Origin: the human T2T-CHM13v2.0 reference genome, Homo sapiens
Reading direction: 5' to 3' (one strand)
Assembly: GCF_009914755.1 (NCBI RefSeq)
Contig: NC_060926.1
Length of the DNA stretch: 64,000 nucleotides
The translations under genes and the position numbers were made by a program. Below, in pieces: positions 35,841 through 50,741 of this stretch; position 1 is the first letter of the stretch; the number at the start of each line of letters is the position of its first letter. The notes under the pieces are model-generated. The model searched no databases, was not told the origin of the DNA, and saw nothing but the letters and a program-made list of their open reading frames with translations.

Positions 35841-36319
35841 AAATTAGGTTTCTTCTATGCCACATACAGTTCTATCTTATTAATTAATTTTCAGAGCAAT
35901 TTTACTTTTAAAAAATAATTTAGCAATATTTAAACTAGTGGAATTTTAACCTTCTAAAATACAATCTAAATGAAATGTAGTTATAGCCAAAAGTCAGGTA
36001 AGAATTACTTTGATTAATAGGATACATTTGGAAGAGCTGAAAGACTCATTTGATCTTTTAAAATTCACATATACTTTGATATTAATTTTAATTCCTCTTG
36101 TGGTATTTGATTTTTTAATAATTAGTTTTTAATATGCTTCCAAGGATATTTGGGGAGAAATCAGAATTATAATTGCTTCTAGATGACATCAAATTAAAAG
36201 AATTTATTAAAATAATTTCCTTTGAGGTTATACTAGAAATGTACATAGAACTATAATGCATAATTTTATTAATTGTCTTTTATTGTAGATAGATGATCAC
36301 GTCTTTAAAGTTGATTGAA

Positions 36320-36650
36320 TATTAGTATAATTTAATGGATTCTAGAAAAAGGTTTGTAATCAAGTAGGCAAAATTTTAAATTCTCCTCATGCCACATACC
36401 AGTATTTGACCATGGACACATTACATAAATTCTCTGAGTTGCAAATATCAACTAATATGGGAATCAAATCAAATAAAAAATACAAACTATTGTGTCAGAT
36501 GGATGTAGCTTCTTGACCATGATCTACTATTGATTAGCTATATAAGTTAGTTATTTGAGTTAAGTAGTTTCTGTAAGTCTATTTCTTCCCTGTTAAACAG
36601 GATATTATAAATTAGGTACAGTGGGTTTTCTGAAAATTAAGCAAATATTA
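36320..36650 (+). mobile_element. MIR fragments
   Basis: 'gaccatggacacattacataaattctctgag' and 'tctatttcttccctgttaaacaggatatt' MIR-like cores. Confidence 0.45.
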
Positions 36651-36667
36651 TATTACACTTACTAATA

Positions 36668-37072
36668 GAATATAAGCTTAAAGGTGCCCAAAAGTGCTTC
36701 ACACAATATAGTTTCTAAATAGGTGATAAAATATTTCTTCATTCAGAAATATGAAATCACTGATTAATATAATTTTTGAATTTTTCTTTCACAGTTTTTT
36801 GTTTTAACATTTTAAAATATTAAATATTAACAATGTTAAAAAGAATCTCTTGTTTATTTAGATCTACAAAAAGAAAAGTGGCAGTAATAATTAATATGTA
36901 AATCAATATAACAGATTTTGCTTTGCATTTTCTCATTTCTGGAAATGATAATTGACTGTTTAAAGCAAATATAATAACAATGTATTATAGATTTTATAAT
37001 ATAGTGGAAGAGGGAGGAGGAAATGGAAAGATACTCTCGTAAGGCACTAGGTTACATATTACAAGGCATTAT
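36668..37072 (+). repeat. About 405-bp segment duplicated at 40549-40955 (source copy)
   Basis: About 21 differences by eye; continues into L1 sequence at 37073. Confidence 0.96.
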
Positions 37073-37670
37073 GTTATTTAAATATAGACTATAAAAAATT
37101 AAACAGGTACATTGTAAACCCAGAGCAACTACGAAAAATTTTTAAAAAGAAGTATTGCTGATAAAAGTAGCAGCAAGCATAAACTTACAAATACTCAATT
37201 CATATAAAAGGAAGCAGGGACAGAGAAAAAAATAACAAAGAATGTATGGAACAAATAGAAAACATAGTAATCATATGGATAATTTCCAATAAATGTAGAT
37301 AGTCTAAGTGTTCCCATGAGAAAATAAAGGTTGTTCACACTGGATAAAGTAGCAAGATCCAATTTTATGCTATGTGAAGGAAGCCAGAAACAAATTATTA
37401 TACAAGCTATGATTTCACTTATATGAAGTTACATAAATAGCAAACTTTTAGTGACAGAAAACATACTGGTGTTTTCTAGGGCTAGGGGTGAGGTGAGCAG
37501 ATTGATTTTAATGGGGCATGGGAGAACTTCTTGGGGTGATAGAATCTTCTGTATCCTAATTATAAGAGTGATTATAAAACTGGGTACATTTGCTAAGACT
37601 CATCAAACTGAGCCCTTAAAATAGGCTAGTTTTACTGTATGAAATTTGTAACTTGTAAAAAGTAATTTAA
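36880..37670 (+). mobile_element. Old L1M (MC/ME-like) fragments
   Basis: 'tacattgtaaacccagagcaactac', 'ggataaagtagcaagatccaattttatgct', 3' end 'ttggggtgatagaatcttctgtatcc...tttgctaagactcatcaaactg'. Confidence 0.75.
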
Positions 37671-37961
37671 AACAGTTTATGAACATCCATGTTTGGAAAC
37701 CAGAAATGATTTCCAAAGGGCCTTCATTTCTGTTAGATTCTTGCAGTTTTCAGATTTGTACTTTTAGCCATGAATTTTGCAGAGACAGGAGGAGTGAGTT
37801 TTCAACATGTTCGGCTTATGTGGGTGTTCAATAAATTATTTTTAATCAGCTGGATGACTCAAAGGAGGCAAATTTGAGATGGGGGCTGGGGTTAGTTACC
37901 ACTAGCACAATGTATTTTTAAAACCTAAAATGCCTTAAACATTTGCGTTTTGGGCTCCTAA

Positions 37962-38055
37962 TTTCTTTCTTTCCTTCCTTCCTTCCTTCCTTCCTTCCTT
38001 CCTTCCTTCCTTCCTTCCTTCCTTCCTTCCTTCCTTCCTTCTTTCTTTCTTTTTT
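37962..38055. repeat. (TTCC)n microsatellite with TTTC flanks
   Basis: About 17 perfect TTCC units. Confidence 0.97.
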
Positions 38056-39569
38056 GAAAACATACTCTCCTCTGCTTAGCTGGAAGAATAAAATCAATGG
38101 CAGCTCTGTTCCAGACATTTGTTATGGTGTGACTGGAAACTATTGCATACTTGAGCAGGCTATTTGGAAGAAGATTCTCCATACTATGTAAGGCAATAAA
38201 CTTACTTCTTTCCTCAACTGTTTTGCTGATGCCTGAAAATATGAAGTAATTTTACAGAGGTCTCTCATTTTTTCTATTCAGATGCTAGCAGGCTAACATT
38301 AATTTGTGGTTTGTTAATATTGTGAGTTAATATCACTACTACATAAGCAATATATAATTTTTTTAAAAGTCATGAAACATACAAACATAAAGGATGGTTT
38401 GAACTAGTGTTTGAGCAGGCAATGAGAGAGTATTTTAAGAACCTGAACCAAGGATTATAAACATGCATAGATGACAAAATTCAGACCCTTCTAGCAGATA
38501 AACTTTACTCCCTTCTAGGAGTTATTCAATGACATAGCTGTTAGCTATTTGATGCTTATCACAAATTTATTAATAATGAAAAATTTGAATTTATCCATAA
38601 ATGAATCAGAAATAAAAAATGCAATCAAATATGGCTAGGTTCTCTCTGGTAATTTAAGGTTGTGGAATTCAATTAAACTAAAATAAATTGTCAGGAGTGT
38701 CCCCCTGGGTGTCCAATAGAGCTTTATGGCAGATTTAAGGACTTGGAATAGCCTCACTCCAGACCCAGGAGACCTGAGTGTCTCTTTGATCAATTATTGT
38801 ACTTCCATTAAAATATTTTTACTTCAAAATACTCAGGGGACATCTTGATCACTGATTCTTGCTACAGCTATCAGATCATCTAGGTCTTTTATTTTTAAAG
38901 GTTATCACTCCTCTCTGCTAATGCATCCAATGTTTAAGGAGTTCCACATGCAGCTGATAGAAATCTTTCTTGCTGGACCAATAATTGACCTTTCCTCATA
39001 GTAAAAGATGTTTGTCATAAAATATCCTAGTGAAATTCATGTGCTATCCCCTTAACAATTTGGGTGACAGAATAACGTAAGTAGTAGCTTTGATGGCTCA
39101 GCTATGTTAATAGCCTTCTATGGTAATAGGAGTGATTGATATATGCTGTAATCCTACACTGTGATTTTGTAATATTTCTTTGGATTTTTATGTTGATGTG
39201 AAAACTCTGCTTGGAAAATGACTGGTCACCAACACACGCACACACAAAAAATGTTAACTCTGGGCAGCAAATCTGTTGAATATTCACTGGACCAGTTTTT
39301 TAAAAATCACATCATATAATGAAGTGAATGCTTGCTCCTTCCCTACATTAAAGGGAAGTTAACAAAATCAATTAAAAATCTGGAAAATACTTTGATCTTC
39401 TGAAATCTACAATATACCTGTGTAGTAATACTTTCATAGTAGTGCATTCAGTAATTGTTAAAAGAAATTCTTAGTCATTGATACTTGGTGTATTCACTTT
39501 TATTTCTAATTTCTAGTTATTTGTTTATTTGTTTTGTAGTTGTAATAGCACTTCTATATGAGAAGTGTA

Positions 39570-39877
<308 letters not shown>

Positions 39878-40548
39878 TCAATTATTTAACAACTTTGGAT
39901 TCTTGTTGATTCATTTTGTTGGCTACTTTGAACATTAAGCATATTAATGTTCAATTTTTGAAACAATTTTAGATTCTTATTGATTCATTTTTTTTTGTTC
40001 AGAACCCTCATTCATAGAATAAAAAAGTTCAGGCTAACATCTCTTTCCTGCAGGTTACGAACATGCAAACATCACTGTCTTTGGAGGAACATTCTTGAAC
40101 TAACCAGTTTGCAGTTAGGTGGCATAGATTTAGGTCAGTCCCAGAAGGGAAACTTTATGTATACTTGTATTTCATTATTTTAATGGCATAAAATATACTC
40201 GGTATATGGCTAAAAGCACAACAATGTTATATGCTGGAGGAGAATGGTAATAGTAAAAGAAGAGATATTCATAAATATTCTAGGAGTAAAAGCAAGAGAA
40301 AGGAAAGATAGGTTTTCAATCCAAATAAACTACCATTACAAGTTATTAAGAGGACTGAATAATGCTTGAAGAATTATTCACCGTGATGTACAAACATCAT
40401 GGTGTGGATTAATGATAATATAATAGTTGCTTTCACAGAAATCTGTTCTTTTGTGAGCTTGATATATGAAATAATCATTTATTTTAGACATTTGTGAATG
40501 TTATTTAACCAATATTCCATTGAAAACCTATAAGACTAAATGTTTATG

Positions 40549-40955
40549 GAATATAAATTTAAAGGTGCCCAAAAGTGTTTCACACAATATAGTTTCTAAA
40601 TAAATGATAAAATATTTTTTCATTCTGAAATAAGAAATCATTGATTAATATAATTTTTGAATTTTTCTCTTCCATAGTTTTTTGTTTAAATATTTTAAAA
40701 TATTAAATATTAACAATGTTAAAAAGAATCTCTTGCATATTTAGATCTACAAAAAGAAAAATGGCAGTAATAATTAATATGTAAATCAATAAAACAGATT
40801 TTGCTTTGCATTTTCTCATTTCTGGAAATGATAATTGACTGTTTAAAGCAAATATAATAACAATGTATTATAGATTTTATAATATAGTGGAAGAGGGAGG
40901 AAGAAATGGAAGGATACTCTTGTAAGGCACTAGGTTATATATTACAAGGCATTAT
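40549..40955 (+). repeat. Derived copy of 36668-37072
   Basis: About 94-95% identity; stops mid-L1 at 'aggcattat'. Confidence 0.96.
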
Positions 40956-41179
40956 ATCGTTCCTAACTCAATATGATTTCAGATCAGAATCTTAAAAAGG
41001 AAGGATTATAGTCTCTAGGTATCGTCTATGATCAAAAGATGAAGTTATTTATTTATATCTTATTCAAAGGCTGCAAGCAAAAAGAAGACAAGCCCATTCA
41101 CCCAAATACAGTACCATCATAGTCAAAATTTTATAGTTGAAGTGAAGGAGTGTGTGTTTGTATGTGTTTGTATTTTTAG

Positions 41180-42580
41180 GTTGTTAATTTAAAACATTTA
41201 TATCCATACACATTTACATAAAATTACTTGGTTCTTATTTTATAAAATCCTCATTAACTTCATTTTTGCCATATTTTCTTTGTCTTCTTCCCCTGCATGC
41301 TCTCTCCCATGATCATATAGAAAAATATAGGATATTTAGGTGTTCTGTTGTTTTCCTAGGGTTGGGTGCTTAAAACTACAGTAATTCATTCCTTCCCTGT
41401 TCTGGAGGTACAAAGTTCCAAATCCAGGATTGTTCTCGTACAGAGGTTCTGAAGGAGTATTTGTCTCATGTCATCCTGCTGCCTTCTGGTGGTTTCCAGG
41501 AGTCCTTCATGTTTCTTGACTTGCAGATTCACCACATCAATCTCTGTCTCTGTCTTCAGATGGCATTTTCCTCTGTGTGTGTCTGTGTTTCTTCTCTTCT
41601 TATAAGGATATTGGTCATATTAGATTTAGGGACCGTCTTAATCTAATATGACCTTTCCTACCTCTGTGAAGACCTGATTTACAAATAATGTCACATGCAT
41701 AGGTTTTGTGGGTTATGGCTTCTATATATTTTCATGAGGGGCACAATTAAACCTCTAAGAGCTGTTTACAGAACATACGTGTACATGCATACACATGTAG
41801 TTTCTGCATCTTTCTTTCTTCACAGAATACCTCATGGGAATTCCTTACAGCCAATTGTTATGGCTCTACCACATTTATTAATGCCTGTATAACATTCCAT
41901 GGTATAGGTGCTTGATAATTTATTCACTGCTTGCCAGTGAAGGTCATTCACTGTTTTTTAGATTTCATCACTACAAACTAAGGTGCCCTAAGTACCTTAG
42001 TACCTTTCCCAGTCAGTTCTTTGTATCTATGTAATAGATTCCAAGGTGTGGAATCAAAAGGTATATGTGTTTTAAAATTTCCTAGGTGTTACCAGATTAA
42101 TTTCCAAAAAGTTACAACAATTTGTCTTTTCCCCAACAGTAAACAGGCATAGTCCTTTTCTTGCATTTCTGCCAGAATAGGTATTGAAGCTTTTATTTAA
42201 TCTTTCAGCACAATGAGTATGGAGTGATATCTTACTCCTATGATTTACTGTTCCTCACTAGTGGGTTTGACCATATTTTTATGCTTCTTTGGCCACTTGG
42301 ACTTGTTTTATATTGTGATGGATGCCTTTTTCCTATCAATTCATGTGAATCTGTTGGATAGTAAATATATTTAACCTTCATTAGCATATATGTTATACAT
42401 TGTTTTTCTGCCAACTTATTTAAATTTAAATTTTATTTATATCTAATTTTTTTCTGCAAATTTATCAGCTGTGAATTGATTTGCTACACAATTTCATATT
42501 TTTTTATAGTCAAGTACAAACTATTTTTTCTTTTACAGGTCCAGGGTTGACGATTTTGGTTGAGAAAGTTAAACATTCAT
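41180..42580 (-). mobile_element. Old L1ME-like fragment split by MLT1C
   Basis: 'gcctgtataacattccatgg', 'atagattccaaggtgtggaatcaaaaggtat', 'gagtatggagtgatatctt'. Confidence 0.6.
41345..41760 (-). mobile_element. MLT1C-type LTR
   Basis: 'aatctctgtctctgtcttcagatggcattttcctctgtgtgtgtctg...ttataagga...ggggcacaattaaacc'. Confidence 0.8.
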
Positions 42581-42597
42581 TTAGAGCAAGCAATTGT

Positions 42598-43068
42598 TGT
42601 GGCTACTGTGACCTGTCTCCCAGGATCCCTGCTCTGCTCCCTTTTGGTAGTAATAGGGCCTTTGGGTCTTTGCTATCCCAGTGGCTGTTCAAGCAAGAGA
42701 GCACTTGGCAACCTCCCTTGTAGTCTGGTTTATCCATGGTACTTAACTCTGCAACCTGGGAGGTGAGCAGAATGAAGTCATACCTTTTTTAAAGGGCACA
42801 TGGCCTCCTCTTACATTTCCCCTTCCACACTGGCTGAAATGTTCGTGAGCTACTTTGAACCATGAGAATTAGGACAGTACCCAAGGACTGCAGAGTAGTT
42901 CGATGGAAAGAGGCTCAGTTCCTATTCTCTACATCATGGAGCCACCACATAAGCCCGAGGCTCCTTTCCCAGAATCAACCCCTAGGAGCAAAATAAACTG
43001 TCTTGCTTAAGCCATTTTCATTTGGAGACCCAGTTAGAGTAGCCACAATTATACCCTAAATAATATAG
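42598..43068 (+). mobile_element. MLT1I/J-like old LTR
   Basis: 'gctactttgaaccatgag', 'catcatggagccaccacataagccc', 'aaataaactgtcttgcttaagccatt'. Confidence 0.65.
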
Positions 43069-44319
43069 AAACCAAAGAATCTCATGTGTTCTAAATTTGG
43101 AAATAGTGTTAACCATCTGGCAAAAGATCTTTGACCAGAATAGCATTATTCAGGAATCTATTCACACTAAAAGATTGATTTGCCTATATAATTCTGTCTG
43201 TTTAAAAAAATAAAATATTTTTTCCATTATTTTTCCAGCATACTATTGAATGATTCATTAATATCTCTGTATTTATTCAGGCACCTAGTAATTATTTTTC
43301 TGAAGCAGTGCTAACAGAAAGCCAAAGAAGTTCAAATAATAACTTTGTAAATATGAATTATAGGCTCAAAACTGAGTATGACATTTTCAATGGTGGGTGT
43401 GATAATTCTTGAGGCAGCAGGAATGACTGGGTGCTTAACACCTGTTTGCTTTATTTAATAACAATGTGTACTGTACCTCAGCAGGAACAGCAGCTCTCCC
43501 CCGCAGACTCTCAGCAAACATAGCTTCATGCATGCTGAAAGCATCGTTTGATCTAAAAAGTATTTTCATTCTCTTAAAGAGTGATTCTTATCAATGTCAA
43601 TCCTCTTTTGGCATTGAAATATTAAATAAAAGTTATTTGGCATGGTCAATATATATTTTTTTCATGAACATGTCCTTCTAGTCCTATTCCCTAAGTGTTG
43701 GCCTTTCCCAGGTTACACTTTCAGTCAGTTTCTTACCTCCCTCTACATTTTCATTTATGATAATTGTCCTTTTTCACTCTGTGATCCAGATCTGGACTTG
43801 TTTCTCCCCTAAACGAGAGGAAACACTTTCCCCATTCTTCTCACATTACAATATCAGCCTGTAAAGAAAAGCATTCTATCACTACCTCACCTTTCTCAGA
43901 AGTGCTGAAGAACAACCTTTCACTCTTACTTACTTAGGGAAAGTAAACTGGCCAGTTCATGACCCCCATCCCAGGCAAGACTGGATCAACATCTGTTGCT
44001 TTCTCTGGAGCTGCTCCTTTTGTGTTCAGGTTGGAAGGACCATTGACTTGTCTCATTCTCTATGACCCATTGAGTCAAGGCTGAGAGCCTGGCTTTCCAA
44101 GGCAGGCAGTGGGGCCACGTGTTGATGCTCCCTATCTGTTTGCAGTTGGGTTTGTTCACCAGATGGTGACCCTTTGTGGGGAGTGACTGGTGGAGTGTTT
44201 GAGAAGGAGGCATGTCCCAATGTCTAGAATTGTTGGAGAGGTAATAGAAAGCCCCAATTTAATGTCAGATCAAAGCCTCACTTTTTTCCCCTTTTTAAAA
44301 TCACTGTTTCTTTACTTAA

Positions 44320-45100
44320 TTAATATTTACTAGATACTAGTAAGAAAATAGTGAACATACAGATTAGTTACTTACCCTTATGGAATTTTCAGTGAGAGGG
44401 GAAATGTCAACTTAAAAATAATTATATAAACATAAAGCAGGTGCTAAGGGAAAAAAATTAGAAAGTACCAAATGATTAATAACTGGAACACCGATTTGTT
44501 CTGGGTAGGTAAGAGACCAGGAAGAAGTCACGGGGCCTCCTGGTGGAAGCAATATGTGGCTGAGACTTAAAATTAAAGAAGCATGAGAGGACTTCATAGG
44601 ACAGAGAGAACAGCTGACTTGAGGATCTGCAGGGTCAAGAGATTGTTGTATCTTCACAGAATGGAAGGATTCCATCATAATTGGAGTGAACACAGGTACA
44701 AGGGTAAAAGATGGCTTAAGAGAGAGGTGAGGATCAGATTAATATGGGATAAACTAAGGATTTTACATCTTATCCCAAAGAGGCTGCAAACAAAGTCTTG
44801 CCCCACTTGCATTTGAAAAAAAAGTCACTTAGAAGCCCAAGGTGTTTGAGAGCCAGAAAGAAGGAAGTGGTTCTGAGTTGAGACCATAAAGGCTTAGACT
44901 CACTCATGGTGATGAGAATGAAGAGGAGCACAGAATTTAAAAGATATCTAAGAGGTAGGATGAAAATATTTACTGCAAGATTTCATACCTGAGTGAGGGA
45001 AATGGAAGAGATAAGGCTGTGCTCCAGGCTTCTGGTCAGCATGTAGGTGGAGGTGGATATCATTTCCTAAGCAGAAACAATGGAGGACCATCATTTCTGG
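44320..45100 (-). mobile_element. L2 fragment
   Basis: 'tagtgaacatacaga...cccttatggaattttcagtgag' through 'aaggctgtgctccaggcttctggtcagc'. Confidence 0.7.
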
Positions 45101-45169
45101 GATGAAGGAGCTCTCCCTGCATAGCATTCTAGCCTTCCAATATCTGAGCTTCAGTGAAATTCCTCCCTC

Positions 45170-45553
45170 TCTATTAATTTGCTAGGGCTGCAATAACAAA
45201 GTACCATAGACTGTAGGCTTCAACAGCATAAATGCATTTTCTCACAGTTCTGGAGGCTGAAAGTCTAAGATCAAGGTGTTGGCAGGTTTGGTTTCTCCTA
45301 AGGTCTCTCTCCCTGGCTCGCAGATGGCCACCTTTTCACTGAGTCCTCACATGGCCTCTCCTCTGTGCAAGTGCATCATCCTGGTGTCTCTTCCTCTTCT
45401 TACAAGCACACTAGTTGTATTTGGTTAGGGCTCAACTCTTATGTCCTCACTTAACGTTAATTACCTCTTTAGAAGCCCTATCTCCAAATTCAACATATTG
45501 AGGTTTAGGGGTTCAACGTATGAATTTTGGGGGACACAATTTGGTCCAAAACA
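45170..45553 (-). mobile_element. MLT1B MaLR solo LTR
   Basis: 'gctagggctgcaataacaaagtaccatagactg...ggcaggtttggtttctcctaagg...tgaattttgggggacacaatt'; TSD ccctc/ctctc. Confidence 0.9.
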
Positions 45554-45969
45554 CTCTCCCATGGCGCACCTGCTGGCTAATAGATTCTTGCTTCATAAAC
45601 TCAATATATGTGAATCCAATATTACTCATGTTGAAAATAAATCTCTAAAAATTTTATGACCCTTTTTTTCCTCTATGTTATCAGAATCCAGAAACAATGT
45701 CTTATAAGATTTTGTATCTCCTGTTGCACAGAGCTAGTCCCACACCATTCAAAAACAATGATTAAATGACTGCTAATATTTTAGAGATTTATACTTTTTA
45801 GGATTAGGTTATGAGCATGAAGAGAATGAAATATATGTCAAAGATATTAATGGCCTAGATATTTATTCATTAATGAGAAATGTAATTCATATTTATAAAG
45901 TTTGGTAACAAATTTACACAGGATTTAATATTTTGGTCCTAATGTCTTCTTAGATTTGCCATAGATCTC

Positions 45970-46335
45970 TGATATAGTTTGGCTTTGTGTCCCTACCCAA
46001 ATGTCATCTTGAATAGTAATTCCATAATCCCCATGTTTCATGGGAGGGACTCAGTGAGAGGTAATTGAATCATTGGGGACAGTTTCTCCCATGCTGCTCT
46101 TGTAATAGTGAGTAAGTTCTCATAAGATTTGATGGTTTTATAAGCGTCTGGCATTTCCCCTGCTGGCACTCATTCTCTTTCCTGCTGCCCTGTGAAGATG
46201 TGCCATCTGCCATGATTGTAGGTTTCCTGAGGCCTCCCCAGCCATGCAGAACTGTGAATCAATTAAGCCTCTTTTCTTTATAAATTACCCAGTCTCAGGT
46301 ATTTCTTCATAGCAGCATAAGAATGAACTAATACA
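45970..46335 (+). mobile_element. THE1C/D MaLR solo LTR
   Basis: 'tgatatagtttggctttgtgtcc...ataagcgtctggcatttcccctgct...gaatgaactaataca'. Confidence 0.92.
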
Positions 46336-47755
46336 GTCTTGTTTATTGTTAATAAACTAAACCTTTAATTAACAAAGGACGCTTGTATTAATGTATTCTA
46401 AACTAACCAAAAGTATTATAGCCAAACAGGATGCTAATTAACAGATTACTTAAATATCAAGTATAGGCTGAATCCCTTTTTGCAACAATTTCAATAGTGT
46501 TTTAAAATATTGTAGTGGACTTGTTCCTTCAGACCCATTCTCATAAACATGTTAATGGTTACTCACATTTGCAGATTAATACACAGTTTTTCTAAACCAC
46601 TGGTAAAAGCATAATTTTCAAATTGCATCAAAATACTATCATGTTTGTGTAAAATACCTTCATAATATATTAGATTGGAATAACAAAATTCTTTAAGAAA
46701 GTATGTCTTACTATGAGGGTTTCATTTCTACAGGTAAAAGATGGTTTTACCATTACCTGAATGTAAACTGTCTGTGAGATAACAATTCATCTGTTGGGTA
46801 ATCCATTCATTCAGTCAACTAATCTTCAGGAAGCATTTACCAATAAATTACTATATGTAAGTCCACTTAAAAAATAATAGACAATTCTCAAATAAATAAG
46901 AAATCACAAAGACATTTAAAAACGGGATATATAACATGCTACAACATATTATCCTATACATATGCTAAATATCAAGGAAACATGTTTGTTTTAATAAATA
47001 TGTAAGAGAAACAAATTGGTTAACTTTTAAAGAGGAAATAAATCAATGAAAAAATATATACATTCTTAGAAAAAAATTATTTTGTTATATACCTTTAACC
47101 AGTATATGAAAATGCTGAAGAAAGCAATGAGTCCCTAAGTGCCAAATTTGAAATGATGGTAAAACAGTATAATTATATCCATTGGTTAATTTCTATAAGC
47201 TGACATTTCTTAATATTAATGTTTATTGGGTATTGTATTACATCTGCCTATTAATCATGACATAAGAATTTCATAAAAATAATAAACCATTTAAAAATGC
47301 ATTTAAAAATATTTTACTGTTCTCATTTTGCTAAATGTATTTTGCCTTAGAAACTTCATGTGGTTTTATGCCACTCAAGACATTGATTCAATCAGCTAAT
47401 ATTATAGGGCAATAATTCTAAAACTATCTCAGGAGAAAGATCAGTTTTGTTTTGTTTTTAAAATTCTAAATTTATTGCCAAATGATACATTTTTTTAAAT
47501 AAAATAAAACAGAATTATTTTTAAAAGTAAATCTAAAAAGACATACAAATTATAAGCCTTTTTAAAAAAATTATTGGATTCAAAGGACATAAAACTACTC
47601 TGTCAAAAGGCAGATTTTATTAATTTAAAACATTAACCTTTTTAAATGTTTCTTTATACTTCTCATGTCTTGGACCAGTAACAAATGCCAAACTTTTAAT
47701 ATCACTGTTCTGAAAGACACAACAGTGGACAAAAGAAACAAAAATCCCTGTCTAA

Positions 47756-48159
<404 letters not shown>

Positions 48160-49017
48160 AAAGTATAATTTTAAATAAGATGGGAATAAAGGTCATATCT
48201 GCGAAGGTAACATTTGATCTAATACCTGAAGGAAACGAGAGACCCAACTACGTGAATAACTAGGAAGATACCATTCTTGGCAGAAGGAATGGAAAGGGCA
48301 AAGGCCAAGTAGCTTAAATGTATTAAGAGAGAGAAAATGGTAGAAGATTAAATAAAAGGGAAAATGGAAAGCCAGGTTACACTGGGGCTTTGTGAGGACT
48401 TTGGCTTTCACTATGAATGAAATAGGCAGACAGTCATTGGAGAGTTTTCAGCAGAGGAGACACATCGTCCAACTTATGTTTGAAAGAGGATCCTTCTGGC
48501 TACTCTATTCAGTAGATCACAGAGGTCCATGGCAGGAATAAGGAAACCTCAATAATCATGTGAGAGGTACTAAAATCTTGGGCCACTCGTGGAAGTGTTG
48601 AGAAGACATTCATTTCTAGATATATTTTGAAGGAAAAGCTGAGAACCTTTGCTAATGGGTTGACTATGCAGCAAAAGAGAATAAAGGATGATTCCAAGTT
48701 GTATTTGTTTGTTTTATTGTATCCTAAGCAACTGGAAAAATGGAATAGCTATTTGCTAAAATGGAGAAGACTGGATAGATTAACTTTGGGCAATATATCA
48801 GGAGATTTGTTTTAGAGATAAGTTTGAGATGTACATTTAACACACAAGTAGAGATGTTAAACAGGCAGTTCAATCTCTGGAGAGAAGGAATTAGAAGCAA
48901 AAAGTATATAAAAAACTTTTAGAAGAGTGTTGTTATAAAGGGAATTGGGAATATAGGATACAAACTGGGGTAATGCAGGTTTTGTTTTAGGATGGAAGAC
49001 GACAAAACAGCATATTT

Positions 49018-49337
<320 letters not shown>

Positions 49338-50741
49338 AAAACAGCATATTTTTATACTGATGTGAAATACCCAATAGCCAGGGAAATCTGGTGATGCAGG
49401 AAAAACAGGAGAAGATTTGCTGAATTGAACTTATTTTCATAAAATGAGATAGAAAAGGATTTAGTGCACAAATAAAGAGGTGACTAAGGATAGAAGCATG
49501 AAGAGCTTATCCATAGTAAGAGGAGAGAAGCACATATAATGGCCATTACCTGTGTGCAGGTAGGTGGGTAGTGGTGGTGGTAGGGTATTGTGAAAGTTTG
49601 CACTGATTGTTTCTCAGTAAAATATGAGGCCACGTTGTCAACTGGGAGTGATTATGAAGGTGTGCGTGTTAACAGATTGAGGACAGAGGTGAATCAGCAA
49701 TACAAGCTGTGGAGAATGGAAGTGAATGAACCAGGTAAATTTGATATGATTGCTAGATAGTGCCAAGGTCTCACTTGAAGTTACTGGCCACAAAATTTAC
49801 CTGAGGAAAGTCGGCATGCCTGTGTGTTTTCTCCACCCTTGTTCAGCTGTGTAGCTGCAGACACAAATGAGCAAAATTGTGTTGTTTTGCCATCAAATAC
49901 AACGAAATGACATAGTAGCAAGATAATTAGGGATTTATGCAGTGCATAAGTATGATGACAGACTCTGGAATTTAGACTGCATAAAAAAGCAGTGAGTACA
50001 TGAAGGAAACTGAGGGAGAAAGAAAATGTATAGAATCAATGGATCAAAGATTCTGGGTAGTGAATGGATTTTCAGGATTTAAGGACTTGAAAGAGTGAGA
50101 TAGAAAATAGAAAATGTTAGTTGGTTGCTTAAAATTGAGATTGTATAAAATTGAGATTGTATAGGGGATGTGGTTAATGTAATGACACAGTCTAATGGTA
50201 TTTCTATGACGAGCTGAGATAGGAGTGGACAAAATTTATTGAGGAAAATCTGAATGGGCAAGATATAGGAAGAACTGTCTATGCAGATATTTAAAATCAC
50301 CAAGTTTTAGACTAGCAGTGAGGGTTTAAGACTGATAATGAACAAGAAGCTCAAATATGAGGGGAATGAAAGAAAGTTAATGGAGTTGGCAGATAATTTC
50401 AGTAAGCAAGACATAATAATAGGAGATTCAAACTTGGAATAGTAAGAGATGATAGAGAGAGCAAAGTGGTCTGCCTCTGGCAATAACAAGCATGGAGAAT
50501 AGCTCCCCCACCTCCAGGCAAAGGAGGAGTGTTAGAGTTAAAAATACTTGCCACTTGCAGGGTGAAAAGCAAGAAACATCTAGTTTTCAGTGACAGCAAT
50601 GTAAATGGAACATTTTGGAGGAAAGGCTGAGTATACAGAGATTTTGCTAAGGAGCCTGGTATGCAATCTGTTTCATACTTCATTCATTCTCAGTTAATTA
50701 TGGGCTTAATTATTGTACCTATTTAATCACAACATATTCCA

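Noticed and set aside
37918-38191. ORFs with KEGR/FLPS repeats
   Set aside because: They are translations of the (TTCC)n microsatellite.
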